NCBI GenBank assembly: GCA_046590705.1
Contig: JBKJUK010000360.1
Span: 1 to 47,929 of the forward strand
DNA length: 47,929 nucleotides
Source of the DNA: Thermoanaerobaculia bacterium
Lineage (GTDB): Bacteria; Acidobacteriota; Thermoanaerobaculia; Gp7-AA8
Direction: 5' to 3'
A program made the position numbers and the translations under genes. Position 1 is the stretch's first letter. Each line of letters begins with the position of its first letter. Under the pieces are notes generated by a model. The model worked only from the letters and a program-made list of their open reading frames with translations. It searched no databases and had not been told where the DNA came from. Below are positions 35,243-43,384 of the stretch, piece by piece.

Positions 35243-35919
35243 TCATCCACACCATTCCTGATGAGTGGCGCCGTTCTCTGCTGGTGATCTCAGCAGAGGA
35301 TTCAGTCGAGTCGAGGGCCTCCTTCGACAGCGATGAGCTTTTGTTGGCCGGCTCCTTTCGCGTGGAGAAACGCCGCGCGGAATGGTTCAGCAGCCGCCTA
35401 GCCGCCAAGATGCTGGCCTGCACGCAGAGCCTGGCCACAGGACCTCTCGACGTTCGTGTGGTCATGCACGGAAGACGTCCGCTGCTCATGGTCGGTGGCT
35501 CGGTCGCGAACGCGAATCTTTCGATTTCACACTCACATGGGCTGGCCGCGGCAGTGGTCGATACGCGCAGGGTCGGTGTGGACATCGAAAAGAAGCGCGT
35601 CATCGCACCGCGCGCGACCAGATTTTATCTGCACGACGAAGAGCTGGCCAGCGCGCAGGCCTCGAAAACCGACACGCCGCTCATCCATCTCTGGGCCGCG
35701 AAAGAGGCCGCCTGGAAGATCAGCAATCCACCGACCGTGCGATTCATTCGCATCACCATTCTGGAGTCCTCCGAGCAGGGGATGAAACTGCGCTACGCGA
35801 CCGATGCTGACTCTGACGCTGGCGAGATCAGCACCTTCGTCACCAACGGCGACTACGCCGTAGCCATCGCCACCAGCGACCACGCCAGAAGACCCGAGCG
35901 AAAGTTCGGCCAACGCTGA
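35239..35919 (+). CDS. 4'-phosphopantetheinyl transferase, Sfp/EntD type
   Basis: 226 aa. Motifs are RRAEWFSSRLAAKMLA, SISHSHGLAAAVV, VGVDIEKKR and LWAAKEAAWK. The ATG overlaps the upstream stop (ATGA at 35239..35242). Confidence 0.8.
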   Translation: MIIHTIPDEWRRSLLVISAEDSVESRASFDSDELLLAGSFRVEKRRAEWFSSRLAAKMLACTQSLATGPLDVRVVMHGRRPLLMVGGSVANANLSISHSHGLAAAVVDTRRVGVDIEKKRVIAPRATRFYLHDEELASAQASKTDTPLIHLWAAKEAAWKISNPPTVRFIRITILESSEQGMKLRYATDADSDAGEISTFVTNGDYAVAIATSDHARRPERKFGQR

Positions 35920-35951
35920 TAACTCCTTCGGGTCGACACGGTACTGCCCGT

Positions 35952-36173
35952 CGTCATTCCGAAAGAGCACGCCGCAAACGCACGCGATACAAGCGGTCCA
36001 GCTGCGACTGAGGAATCTACGCGAAAGGATCGCGCTCTTCATTCCAAGCGCGGACAATGTGCGGAGATCCCTCGCTTCGCTTCGGGATGACGGCGACACA
36101 CAAAACAGTCCAATCGTTCGTTGCTCGTGAGTTCCCTCGCCCCTGACACCCACCCACGCACGCTCGGGATGAC
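35952..36173. repeat. family C element plus an extra half-element
   Basis: The full element at 35952..36093 has the arms CGTCATTCCGAAAGAGC ... GAGGAATCTACGC ... GCGGAGATCCCTCGC ... TTCGGGATGACGG. The half-element at 36131..36173, GTTCCCTCGCCCC..CACCCAC..GCTCGGGATGAC, matches the reverse complement of the left half of 17576..17725. Confidence 0.75.
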
Positions 36174-36370
36174 ATTCTGGTGGATTCACGCGGGGCGCAT
36201 GTCATCGGGGGCGTGTGTGCGGGAGTTGCGAGTGATCTCCGTCAACACGGACGACGTTCGTTCTCGCCCGGGCCTGTCCGCATTCCACCAGCCCTCCGAA
36301 TGCCTTCGCACCGGAAATTGTTCAGCTAAACTGACTGCACTTCAATCAGCAGACTTCGGGAGAAAGCGAA

Positions 36371-37225
36371 ATGAAAAGAACATTAGCCACTTTGCTATTC
36401 GTTACCTCGCTGGCGCTTCCGGCCGTCGCGCAGGTTGCCGACGGCGACACACATTACGGCCGTCGCGCCGAGGGAGCTCAGGGTGCGCGGGCCAATGGAA
36501 CGCAGATCGATGCCGCCATCGCCGCCTACCAGAAAGGCATAGCCCAGAATCCGAATGATCTCGAAGCGCGCTGGAAACTGTTGCGCGCCCTGCGATTCAA
36601 AGGTGCCTACGTCGCCACCACCGACGATGCTAAAAAAACAATCTTCGATCAGGCCCGCAAGTCCGGCCAGCAGTCCATGGTCGTACTCGACCGCCTGCTG
36701 GCAACGAAGGGAGTACGCGCCGGCGCCAGATCCGCGGAAAAGACCATCGCCGATGCAGCACGCTCGATCCCGCAGGCAGGCAGCATGTTTTACTGGGATG
36801 CCGTCAACTGGGGAGAGTGGGCGCTGGTTTACGGCAAGATGGCCGCAGTCAAGCAGGGCGCAGCTGATCGCATCAAGCGTGAAGCGACCATCGCCATGAT
36901 GATCGACCCGAAACTCGAAGGCGGCGGCGGCGCCCGAGTCCTCGGACGTCTGCACGACCAGACTCCCCGCGTCCCATTTCTAACAGGCTGGGCCTCCAGC
37001 GAACTCGCGGTCAAATATCTGACACAATCGCTGGCCAGCGATCCCTCCAACAAGCTCACAAAAGTCTTCCTCGCGGAAGCAATGGTTGGGAATGACAAAA
37101 AGACCAAAGCGCAAGCCGAGAAGATGCTGCGCGAGGTCATCTCGTCGCCGAACGACGCTGCCTTCATCGTCGAACAGACCGATGCTGTGGCGGAAGCAAA
37201 ACAGTTGCTGGCATCCTGGAAGTAA
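36371..37225 (+). CDS. secreted helical-repeat (TPR-like, possibly TatT-like) protein
   Basis: Signal peptide MKRTLATLLFVTSLALPAVAQ. The body is helical and Ala/Lys-rich, with WDAVNWGEWALVYG and GRLHDQTPRVPFLTGW. The family assignment is tentative. Confidence 0.5.
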   Translation: MKRTLATLLFVTSLALPAVAQVADGDTHYGRRAEGAQGARANGTQIDAAIAAYQKGIAQNPNDLEARWKLLRALRFKGAYVATTDDAKKTIFDQARKSGQQSMVVLDRLLATKGVRAGARSAEKTIADAARSIPQAGSMFYWDAVNWGEWALVYGKMAAVKQGAADRIKREATIAMMIDPKLEGGGGARVLGRLHDQTPRVPFLTGWASSELAVKYLTQSLASDPSNKLTKVFLAEAMVGNDKKTKAQAEKMLREVISSPNDAAFIVEQTDAVAEAKQLLASWK

Positions 37226-37237
37226 GTAGCTCCGAGT

Positions 37238-37266
37238 CCCGCCGGCGGCATCGATGCGCCGGCGGG
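37238..37266 (+). terminator. GC-rich hairpin after the 36371..37225 CDS (possible terminator, no U-tract)
   Basis: CCCGCCGGCG-GCATCGATG-CGCCGGCGGG has a 10-bp perfect stem. It is followed by ATGGTCCC rather than a T-run. Confidence 0.35.
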
Positions 37267-37288
37267 ATGGTCCCTCTCCAGGCCCGGA

Positions 37289-37320
37289 GCAGAAACTCTG
37301 TGAGAAATGCGGGCTAGAAT
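37289..37320 (+). promoter_or_regulatory. conserved 26-nt motif F followed by TAGAAT, immediately upstream of fmt
   Basis: GCAGAAACTCTGTGAGAAATGCGGGC (37289..37314) is identical to 43344..43369. TAGAAT at 37315..37320 lies only 9 nt before the TTG start of fmt. Confidence 0.4.
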
Positions 37321-37329
37321 CACTTCCGC

Positions 37330-38259
37330 TTGAACGTCCTCTTCTTCGGAACTCCCGAGTTCGCCGTCGCTACGCTTCGTGCCATCGCTGCATCGAGGCA
37401 TCGACTCGTAGGAGTCGTTGCCCAACCTGATCGTCCTTCGGGACGAGGCATGCGCCTGCAGCAGCCGGCTGTTGCGCTGGCGGCACAGGAATTCGGAATC
37501 AAGGTCATGCAGCCGGTGAAGATGCGCGACGAAGCGATGCATCAATCCCTAAGGGACCTCAATGCCGACATCGGTGTGGTGGTGGCCTACGGCCGTATCC
37601 TGCCGCCGCAGATGCTGGCGATTCCTCCGCGCGGCATGATCAATGTGCATGCCTCGCTCCTGCCGAAGTACCGCGGCGCGGCTCCCATTCAGCGAGCCAT
37701 CGAGGCCGGCGACACCACCACCGGCGTGACCATCATGCGCATTGATGAACAGCTCGATCATGGTCCGATGTTGAGTGTGGCGGAACTTTCCATCGGCGAG
37801 CAGGAGACCACGCCCCAACTCGCCGCGCGGCTCGCGGAACTCGGTGGCCGTCTTCTGATTGAAGCGCTGGACGCACTCGAAGAGAACCGAGCTGTGGAGA
37901 CAGAACAGGATCATGCACTGGCCACACACGCTGCGAAGTTGACCAGGGATGAAGGTCGCATCAACTGGTCTCACACCGCGCGGCAGATACAGAACCGTTC
38001 TCGCGCCTTCACTCCATGGCCGGGCCTTTTCATTGAAAGAAAAGGTGAGGGCATCCGCGTACTCGGTGTGACCGCTGTCAGTGAAATGACTACTGAGAAA
38101 GAGGGACGAATCCTTGCCGTGACCGATGGCTCGATCGATGTCGCCGCTGCAGATGGTCGGATCAGAATTCAGCAGTTGCAGCGGCCTGGAAAAAAACCTT
38201 CCAGCGCCAGCGAGTTCGTGCGTGCAGCCGGGATCGGTGTCGGAGATCTTCTCTCGTGA
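37330..38259 (+). CDS. fmt: methionyl-tRNA formyltransferase
   Basis: TTG start. Motifs are VLFFGTPEFAV, PDRPSGRG, NVHASLLPKYRGAAPIQRAI and DHGPML. Confidence 0.9.
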   Translation: MNVLFFGTPEFAVATLRAIAASRHRLVGVVAQPDRPSGRGMRLQQPAVALAAQEFGIKVMQPVKMRDEAMHQSLRDLNADIGVVVAYGRILPPQMLAIPPRGMINVHASLLPKYRGAAPIQRAIEAGDTTTGVTIMRIDEQLDHGPMLSVAELSIGEQETTPQLAARLAELGGRLLIEALDALEENRAVETEQDHALATHAAKLTRDEGRINWSHTARQIQNRSRAFTPWPGLFIERKGEGIRVLGVTAVSEMTTEKEGRILAVTDGSIDVAAADGRIRIQQLQRPGKKPSSASEFVRAAGIGVGDLLS

Positions 38260-39533
38260 GTGAACGCCTGCGCGCCCTGAACCTTCTCGATCGCATCGAG
38301 CTCACGCAGTCGTTCGCCACGCCGCTGCTGGTGAATGAAAGCGATCTTGTGAGGACCTACGTTCTGGGTGTGCTGCGCTGGAGATCGCAGCTCGACTTTC
38401 TGATCGCGAAGCTCTCTTCCCGCGCGGCAACGCGAATCGATGTACGCGTCCTGCAGATTCTCCGCCTCGGGATCTTCGAGTTGCGCTTCATGCACTCTGC
38501 TGCCTACGCCGCAGTCGACGGAACCGTCGAACTGGCCAAGTTGCGAGCAGGGCGGGCCAGCGGTTTCGTGAATGCCGTACTTCGTTCCGCAACCAGGACG
38601 GGTGATCTTTCTGTGCTTCTTCCCATAGGCGACAAGCCTGCTGCCGTGGCCGTACGCTGGGCGCATCCCGAGTGGATCATCGAGCGCTGGAACAGGCAAT
38701 TTGGTGCGGCACGCGCGGAGGGCATCGCTGCCGCAAATCAGCAACTCTCCTTTCCCGATCTGCTGATCAATGTTTCGAGAATCAGCGTGGAAAAAGCGCA
38801 CGCGCTCCTGACCGAGCGGGAAGTGAAGTTCTCACCGTCGAACCTCGTGCCTGGAATGGTCAGACTCGAAGAGTCGACCGAGAAAGTCGCCGGCGAGATT
38901 CGCGAGGGACTGTTCTATCCCATGGATGAAGGCAGCGGACTCGTGGCAGCACTGCTCGCTTCCGAGGAATCTGGATCTGCCGAGGTGCTGGACCTTGCTG
39001 CGGCGCCGGGAGGAAAGTCATTCTTTCTGAGGAGCCGTGGGGTGCGCGTTCTGTCTTCGGACCTTTCCTTCGGCAGAATGATGCTGGTCAAGCGAACGGC
39101 CCGGCGGATGTTCGAATCACCGGCCAGAATGCTCATCGCAGACGCTTCGGCCACACCATTCCGTAGACGCTTCGACTCCGTGCTGCTCGACGCGCCATGT
39201 TCGGCGACAGGAACGCTGCGCAAGAGTCCGGAGCTGAAGTGGCGGATCACGCCTGCGATCATCGAGGACATGAGCCGCCTGCAGGAAACGCTGCTGCACC
39301 AGGCGCTCGACCTCACCGCTCGCCAGTGTCTTTACGCGACCTGCTCACTGGAAGACGAAGAGAATGGCGGGCTGGTGCAGCGAGTGCTCGCCGCGCGCGG
39401 CGACTTCCGACTCACGCCGATCGAGCAGCACGCCGCGGCACCCACTCGAGAGTGGATTCGAGAAGGCAGACTGCAGCTGACACCGGAGGCGGGAACAGAC
39501 GGCTTCGGCGCGGCCCTGCTCACGCGCATCTGA
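38256..39533 (+). CDS. rsmB: 16S rRNA (cytosine-C5)-methyltransferase RsmB/Sun family
   Basis: NusB-like N-domain. The SAM site is LDLAAAPGGKS. The catalytic motifs are LLDAPCSATGTLRK and YATCSL. The GTG start overlaps the fmt stop. Confidence 0.85.
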   Translation: MSERLRALNLLDRIELTQSFATPLLVNESDLVRTYVLGVLRWRSQLDFLIAKLSSRAATRIDVRVLQILRLGIFELRFMHSAAYAAVDGTVELAKLRAGRASGFVNAVLRSATRTGDLSVLLPIGDKPAAVAVRWAHPEWIIERWNRQFGAARAEGIAAANQQLSFPDLLINVSRISVEKAHALLTEREVKFSPSNLVPGMVRLEESTEKVAGEIREGLFYPMDEGSGLVAALLASEESGSAEVLDLAAAPGGKSFFLRSRGVRVLSSDLSFGRMMLVKRTARRMFESPARMLIADASATPFRRRFDSVLLDAPCSATGTLRKSPELKWRITPAIIEDMSRLQETLLHQALDLTARQCLYATCSLEDEENGGLVQRVLAARGDFRLTPIEQHAAAPTREWIREGRLQLTPEAGTDGFGAALLTRI

Positions 39534-39587
39534 ACGGAGAACGCGTCGGGATCGGACTGAGGCTCGATCCCCAACGCCCGATCGCGA

Positions 39588-39767
39588 CGTCATTCCGATG
39601 AGCCGCGCGACCGTGCAAGGCCCCGCAGCACTAACTGCGAAGAGGAATCTCCGGTCGGCGCAGACGCGGTGCTGCAAGTTCCACCATCGCGGCGCGGACC
39701 GGAGATTCCTCTTCGCACTGCACAGCGCGCAAGCACGCAACGTCATCGCGTGCTCATCGGAATGACG
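39588..39767. repeat. family B nested inverted-repeat element, copy 3
   Basis: The arms are CGTCATTCCGATGAGC ... GCGAAGAGGAATCTCCGGTCGGCGC ... GCGGCGCGGACCGGAGATTCCTCTTCGC ... GCTCATCGGAATGACG. It starts 55 nt downstream of rsmB. Confidence 0.9.
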
Positions 39768-39987
39768 GAACCACTGGTGCAGCGTGCCGTCCGACTCCGA
39801 CCCTCAGCCCCGGCCTCTTCATCGACCAAATTAATCATTCTGTTATACAATGACTCGTTACCATAGTGAATTACTGACACTGCCGCCGTTTCTGTGCACT
39901 TATCCCTTCGGCGTCAGATCCGCATCCACGTTGATTTGGAACAGAAACATCACTGAAAAATCAAGTCAGTTTTTATCTTTGCGAATT

Positions 39988-40016
39988 GTTGACATCACCG
40001 ATTCCTTCCCTTAGAT
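39988..40016 (+). promoter_or_regulatory. sigma-70 type promoter of hup
   Basis: TTGACA (39988..39993), a 17-nt spacer, then TAGATT (40011..40016). AT-rich sequence lies upstream. The predicted 5' UTR is about 37 nt and contains AGGAGG. Confidence 0.7.
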
Positions 40017-40059
40017 TACATGGACATTCACACCCGATTCACACAGGAGGAGTACCCAA

Positions 40060-40356
40060 ATGGCAGGTAAAGCAGACCTCATCAGCGAGATCGCCGAGAA
40101 CGCAGGCATCTCGAAGAAAGAAGCAACCGCTGCATACGAAGCATTCATCGGCTACATCGGCGCCATGTGCAAGTCGGGCGAGCGTTGCGCGATCCCGGGC
40201 CTGGGTAGCTTCAGCGTCAGCGCACGCAAGGCCCGCATCGGCCGTAACCCGCGTACGAACGAAGCAATCAAGATCCCAGCCAGCAAGAACGTTCGCTTCA
40301 AAGCCGGCAAAGATCTTCGCGACTCGCTCAACACCAAGCGCCGCAGCCGCTCCTAG
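40060..40356 (+). CDS. hup: HU family DNA-binding protein
   Basis: AGGAGG lies 8 nt upstream of the ATG. Motifs are KADLISEIAE, GLGSFSVSARKARIGRNPRTNEAIKIPASKNVRFKAGK. A consensus promoter lies upstream and an intrinsic terminator downstream. Confidence 0.9.
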   Translation: MAGKADLISEIAENAGISKKEATAAYEAFIGYIGAMCKSGERCAIPGLGSFSVSARKARIGRNPRTNEAIKIPASKNVRFKAGKDLRDSLNTKRRSRS

Positions 40357-40378
40357 TCCTGGCGATTCATCGCTGAAC

Positions 40379-40408
40379 AAAAACGCCTCGGGTGACCGAG
40401 GCGTTTTT
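40379..40408 (+). terminator. intrinsic terminator of hup
   Basis: AAAAACGCCTCGG-GTGA-CCGAGGCGTTTTT lies 22 nt after the hup stop. Confidence 0.85.
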
Positions 40409-40423
40409 AGTTGGTGCGCGAAA

Positions 40424-40455
40424 GGGTTGCGGACGCGCTGCTGCGCGCCCCTATC
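40424..40455. repeat. solo REP-D unit
   Basis: AGGGTTGCGGACGCGCTGCTGCGCGCCCCTATCC. It matches 24811..24845 at most positions and folds on itself as GGACGCGC-TGCT-GCGCGYCC. Confidence 0.8.
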
Positions 40456-40551
40456 CTGATCACTCGCGGGGCTGTTCATTTGTATTTAGCGCATTGAACG
40501 CGTTTCCTTTTCTAGACTGCCACCGGATGTCAGGCTGTCCGTGTCACGATT

Positions 40552-41958
40552 TCAGCTCGAAGAATTACGCACGACGTGAAACGCCGATAGAATCGCCTCG
40601 GCACTCATGCGCACGTCCGCTTCTGAGGTGGACCAGTTCGAGACTGAGATCCGCATCGCGGCCTGCCCCTGCCAGGTTGTTCCACTAAGCCAGCAGATGC
40701 CATCCTGCTGAACGCGCCTGATCACCTCGCGGGTCAGCGTGTCGCTCTCGCGTCCTTCTGCGCTGAAGCGAACCAGCACCTGGTTCAGCACCACGTCATT
40801 CAGAGTCTGCACTCCTTCTTCCGTTTCGAGGGCTGCAGCGAACTGCGTCGCATGCGCGCAGCACCGCTCGATGAGCGCTGCTACGCCAGCGCGTCCAAGG
40901 AAACGGAGCACGGTATAGAGCGGAATGGCTCTGGCTCTACGAGAGAAGTCGGGTACCCAGTCAACTGAGTCGCGCTCGACTCCAGCGGTCTGCTCGAGAT
41001 ACGCCGCGGAGAGCGTCATGGCGGCACGATGTGCTGCTGCATCGGACACGATGGCAATGCCGCAGTCGTATGGAACATTCATCCACTTGTGAGCGTCAGT
41101 AGCCCACGAATCAGCTTGTCGAAATCCTTCTACCAGCGCTCGTCGCGTTTCAGTCGCGGCGGCCCACAGGCCAAATGCTCCGTCCACGTGAACCCAGGCC
41201 CCACGTTCATGGGCCAGCGGAATGAGTTGAGCGAGTGGATCGAAAGAGCCGCTATTCACGTTGCCGGCCTGTGTGGTGACGATGATCGGCCCGCTGCATC
41301 CGGCCAGAGTTTTCGCCAGTTCGTCCGGAATCATTCGTCCCTGATCGTCGCATGGTACGTAGGTGATCGAGTCGGTCCCGAAGCCGAGCAGACGCAAGGA
41401 TGAATGAATCGTCACATGCGCTTCCGCGGGAAGCAGAATGTTCACTCGAGGAGCTCCGCTGAGTCCACGCTCCTCGACGTTCCAGCCGACCGAGCGCAAT
41501 ACGGAGTGGCGGGCAGCGGCGAGACAGGTGAAGTTGGCCATCTGGCCGCCTGTCACGAACCCGACTCCGGCAGTGGACGGGAGACCGAGGAGATCCAGTA
41601 CGTAGCCGGCCGTGGTTTCCTCGATCACCGAGGTGGCTGGAGACGTTGAGTAAATCCCGCTGTTCTGATCCCAGATTGTGGTGAGCCAGTCTGCTGCGAT
41701 GGCGATCGGATACGTTCCCCCGATCACGAAGCCGAAGTAGCGCGGTCCGGCCGAGGCGATGATTCCCGGGTCCGCTGCTTCATACAGTTGTTCGAGCACC
41801 ATCTCCGGGGCGAGTCCGGACTCGGTGAGTGGAACCCGAATGGTGCTTCGCAGTTGGTGAACGTCTGCCGTGGCATGCACCGGGCGAGTCGGCAGACTCT
41901 TGAGTGTCTGCAACGCCAGGCGCCGCGCGAGGGCCAGCAATTCGGCTGTGTTATCCAT
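40552..41958 (-). CDS. pyridoxal-phosphate-dependent group II amino-acid decarboxylase family protein
   Basis: 468 aa. Motifs are FVTGGQMAN, HVDGAFG, and the PLP-lysine motif DSWATDAHKWMNVPYDCG. The substrate cannot be inferred. Confidence 0.75.
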   Translation of the reverse strand: MDNTAELLALARRLALQTLKSLPTRPVHATADVHQLRSTIRVPLTESGLAPEMVLEQLYEAADPGIIASAGPRYFGFVIGGTYPIAIAADWLTTIWDQNSGIYSTSPATSVIEETTAGYVLDLLGLPSTAGVGFVTGGQMANFTCLAAARHSVLRSVGWNVEERGLSGAPRVNILLPAEAHVTIHSSLRLLGFGTDSITYVPCDDQGRMIPDELAKTLAGCSGPIIVTTQAGNVNSGSFDPLAQLIPLAHERGAWVHVDGAFGLWAAATETRRALVEGFRQADSWATDAHKWMNVPYDCGIAIVSDAAAHRAAMTLSAAYLEQTAGVERDSVDWVPDFSRRARAIPLYTVLRFLGRAGVAALIERCCAHATQFAAALETEEGVQTLNDVVLNQVLVRFSAEGRESDTLTREVIRRVQQDGICWLSGTTWQGQAAMRISVSNWSTSEADVRMSAEAILSAFHVVRNSSS

Positions 41959-42014
41959 GGCTCGAAGCTTAAGTGATCAAAGCGCTGAAGTGGATAGATT
42001 AAACGCGAACGTGC

Positions 42015-42257
42015 TCAACGCTTGCGAAGCCGGCGGTCTTCAATCTCTTTACAGGTCTGTGCTGCGGCGGTGATGGCGTCCCTGACGGCGTCCACTGTCT
42101 GATCCATTCCAGGTCGGGGCGTGACCCGGATCTCGCCGGCGTCGATGAGGGTCGCGATCGTGCCGAGTACCACACTCATCTTGTGGAAACCGGAGATCAT
42201 GATGAGCGCCTCTTCCATCACCTCCGGGTTCTTCATCAGGTCCTGCTCGTAACGCAT
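42015..42257 (-). CDS. hypothetical small protein (80 aa)
   Basis: GAGGAG lies 10 nt upstream of the ATG. Third-position GC is high throughout. It sits 56 nt upstream of the decarboxylase on the same strand. I recognise no family. Confidence 0.55.
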   Translation of the reverse strand: MRYEQDLMKNPEVMEEALIMISGFHKMSVVLGTIATLIDAGEIRVTPRPGMDQTVDAVRDAITAAAQTCKEIEDRRLRKR

Positions 42258-42544
42258 AAGCGGAAAACTCCTCGATGGGAAACGCTACTACTCCACAAGT
42301 GTAGCTTCAACGGGTGCCTGCGATGCAGGAGCATCGATGACGTAGGCCTTTTCTCGCTGGCCTGAATTCAAACGAGGGATGATCCCGACTGCTCTGGCGT
42401 CCCTGCCGGGACGCCTCTTGTGTGCTGCTCGATCCCCAACCCGGTGGCTGCACGCTTCGCGCTTACCACCGGCTACCGTCTGTACGCGCCTCCGGCGCGG
42501 TGCCGCGGCCTGTCTGCTTCGTGCGCCTCGCTACGAAGGAGTGA

Positions 42545-42565
42545 GAGAAATGCGAGCTAGAATCA
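42545..42565 (+). promoter_or_regulatory. motif F variant with TAGAAT (candidate -10), upstream of the thermonuclease gene
   Basis: GAGAAATGCGAGCTAGAATCA compares with GAGAAATGCGGGCTAGAATCA at 37302..37322. TAGAAT at 42558..42563 lies 55 nt upstream of the GTG start. Confidence 0.35.
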
Positions 42566-42618
42566 GCCGTGATCCATGAAGACGCGCTGCCTGCAGGACT
42601 GATGAGGTCCAGCCGCAC

Positions 42619-43296
42619 GTGAGCTGGGTTTCGATTTCATTGACCCTCTCCCTGTACGCATTCGCTGTCGTTGCGGAGGTTCAGGGGGCGACCATCACCG
42701 CGAGAGGAGTGCGAGCGATTGATGGCGATTCAATCGCCGTTGCATTGATGGATGGTCGGGTACTCCAGATTCGGATGCTCTCGATCGACGCGCCTGAGCT
42801 TGGGCAACCCTTCGCTCAGGAAGCGAAACGTTTCCTCGACCACCATGTCCGCGGGCAGAAGTTGACGCTTCACACCTCCGTCGATGAGCGTGATCAATTC
42901 GGCCGGGTGTTGGCTTTCGTGGAGAACGACGGGCAGTCGCTGAATATGCTCATGCTGCGGGAGGGTCTGGCCTGCGTCTACATCCTTGCGCCGAACATTG
43001 AAGGCGCCGACTCACTGCTGCGCGCACAGCAGCAGGCCCATCGAGCTGGCTCCGGAATCTGGAAGTCGTCGCTGCTGCTCGAATCTCCGCGCAGCTTTCG
43101 ACGAAGGCAGGCCTTTCCGTCATCGAAACCGCGCGCGCTGCGCTATGAAGACCATCTCATCCGTGGCAACAGGAAAAGTCGGTTGGCGCACTGGCCAGGC
43201 TGCAATCACGAAGTTGCAGAAGCGAATCGTGTGAATTTCGATTCTGTCGCGGACGCAAATCGACAAGGCTTTCGAATGGAGAAGAGCTTCAACTGA
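42619..43296 (+). CDS. secreted thermonuclease (staphylococcal nuclease, SNase-like) family protein
   Basis: GTG start with GAGG 10 nt upstream and a signal-like N-terminus. The SNase core is RAIDGDSIAV..IRMLSIDAPELGQPFAQEAKRFL..DQFGRVLAFV..LNMLMLREGLA. The C-terminal tail HWPGCNHE..NRVNFDS..ANRQGFR resembles a degenerate Zn-ribbon-like tail. Confidence 0.75.
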   Translation: MSWVSISLTLSLYAFAVVAEVQGATITARGVRAIDGDSIAVALMDGRVLQIRMLSIDAPELGQPFAQEAKRFLDHHVRGQKLTLHTSVDERDQFGRVLAFVENDGQSLNMLMLREGLACVYILAPNIEGADSLLRAQQQAHRAGSGIWKSSLLLESPRSFRRRQAFPSSKPRALRYEDHLIRGNRKSRLAHWPGCNHEVAEANRVNFDSVADANRQGFRMEKSFN

Positions 43297-43302
43297 CTGC
43301 CA

Positions 43303-43369
43303 GCCCGCATTTCTGACATGGGTTCGTCGCGAGAACGTCCGCAGCAGAAACTCTGTGAGAAATGCGGGC
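43303..43369. repeat. inverted pair of motif F cores forming a hairpin between convergent genes
   Basis: GCCCGCATTTCTGACA (43303..43318) matches the reverse complement of TGTGAGAAATGCGGGC (43354..43369) at 15 of 16 positions. The loop is 35 nt. The pair lies between the stops of the nuclease (43296) and the GHL10 gene (43385). Confidence 0.7.
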
Positions 43370-43384
43370 CCAGTCGTAAACGGT

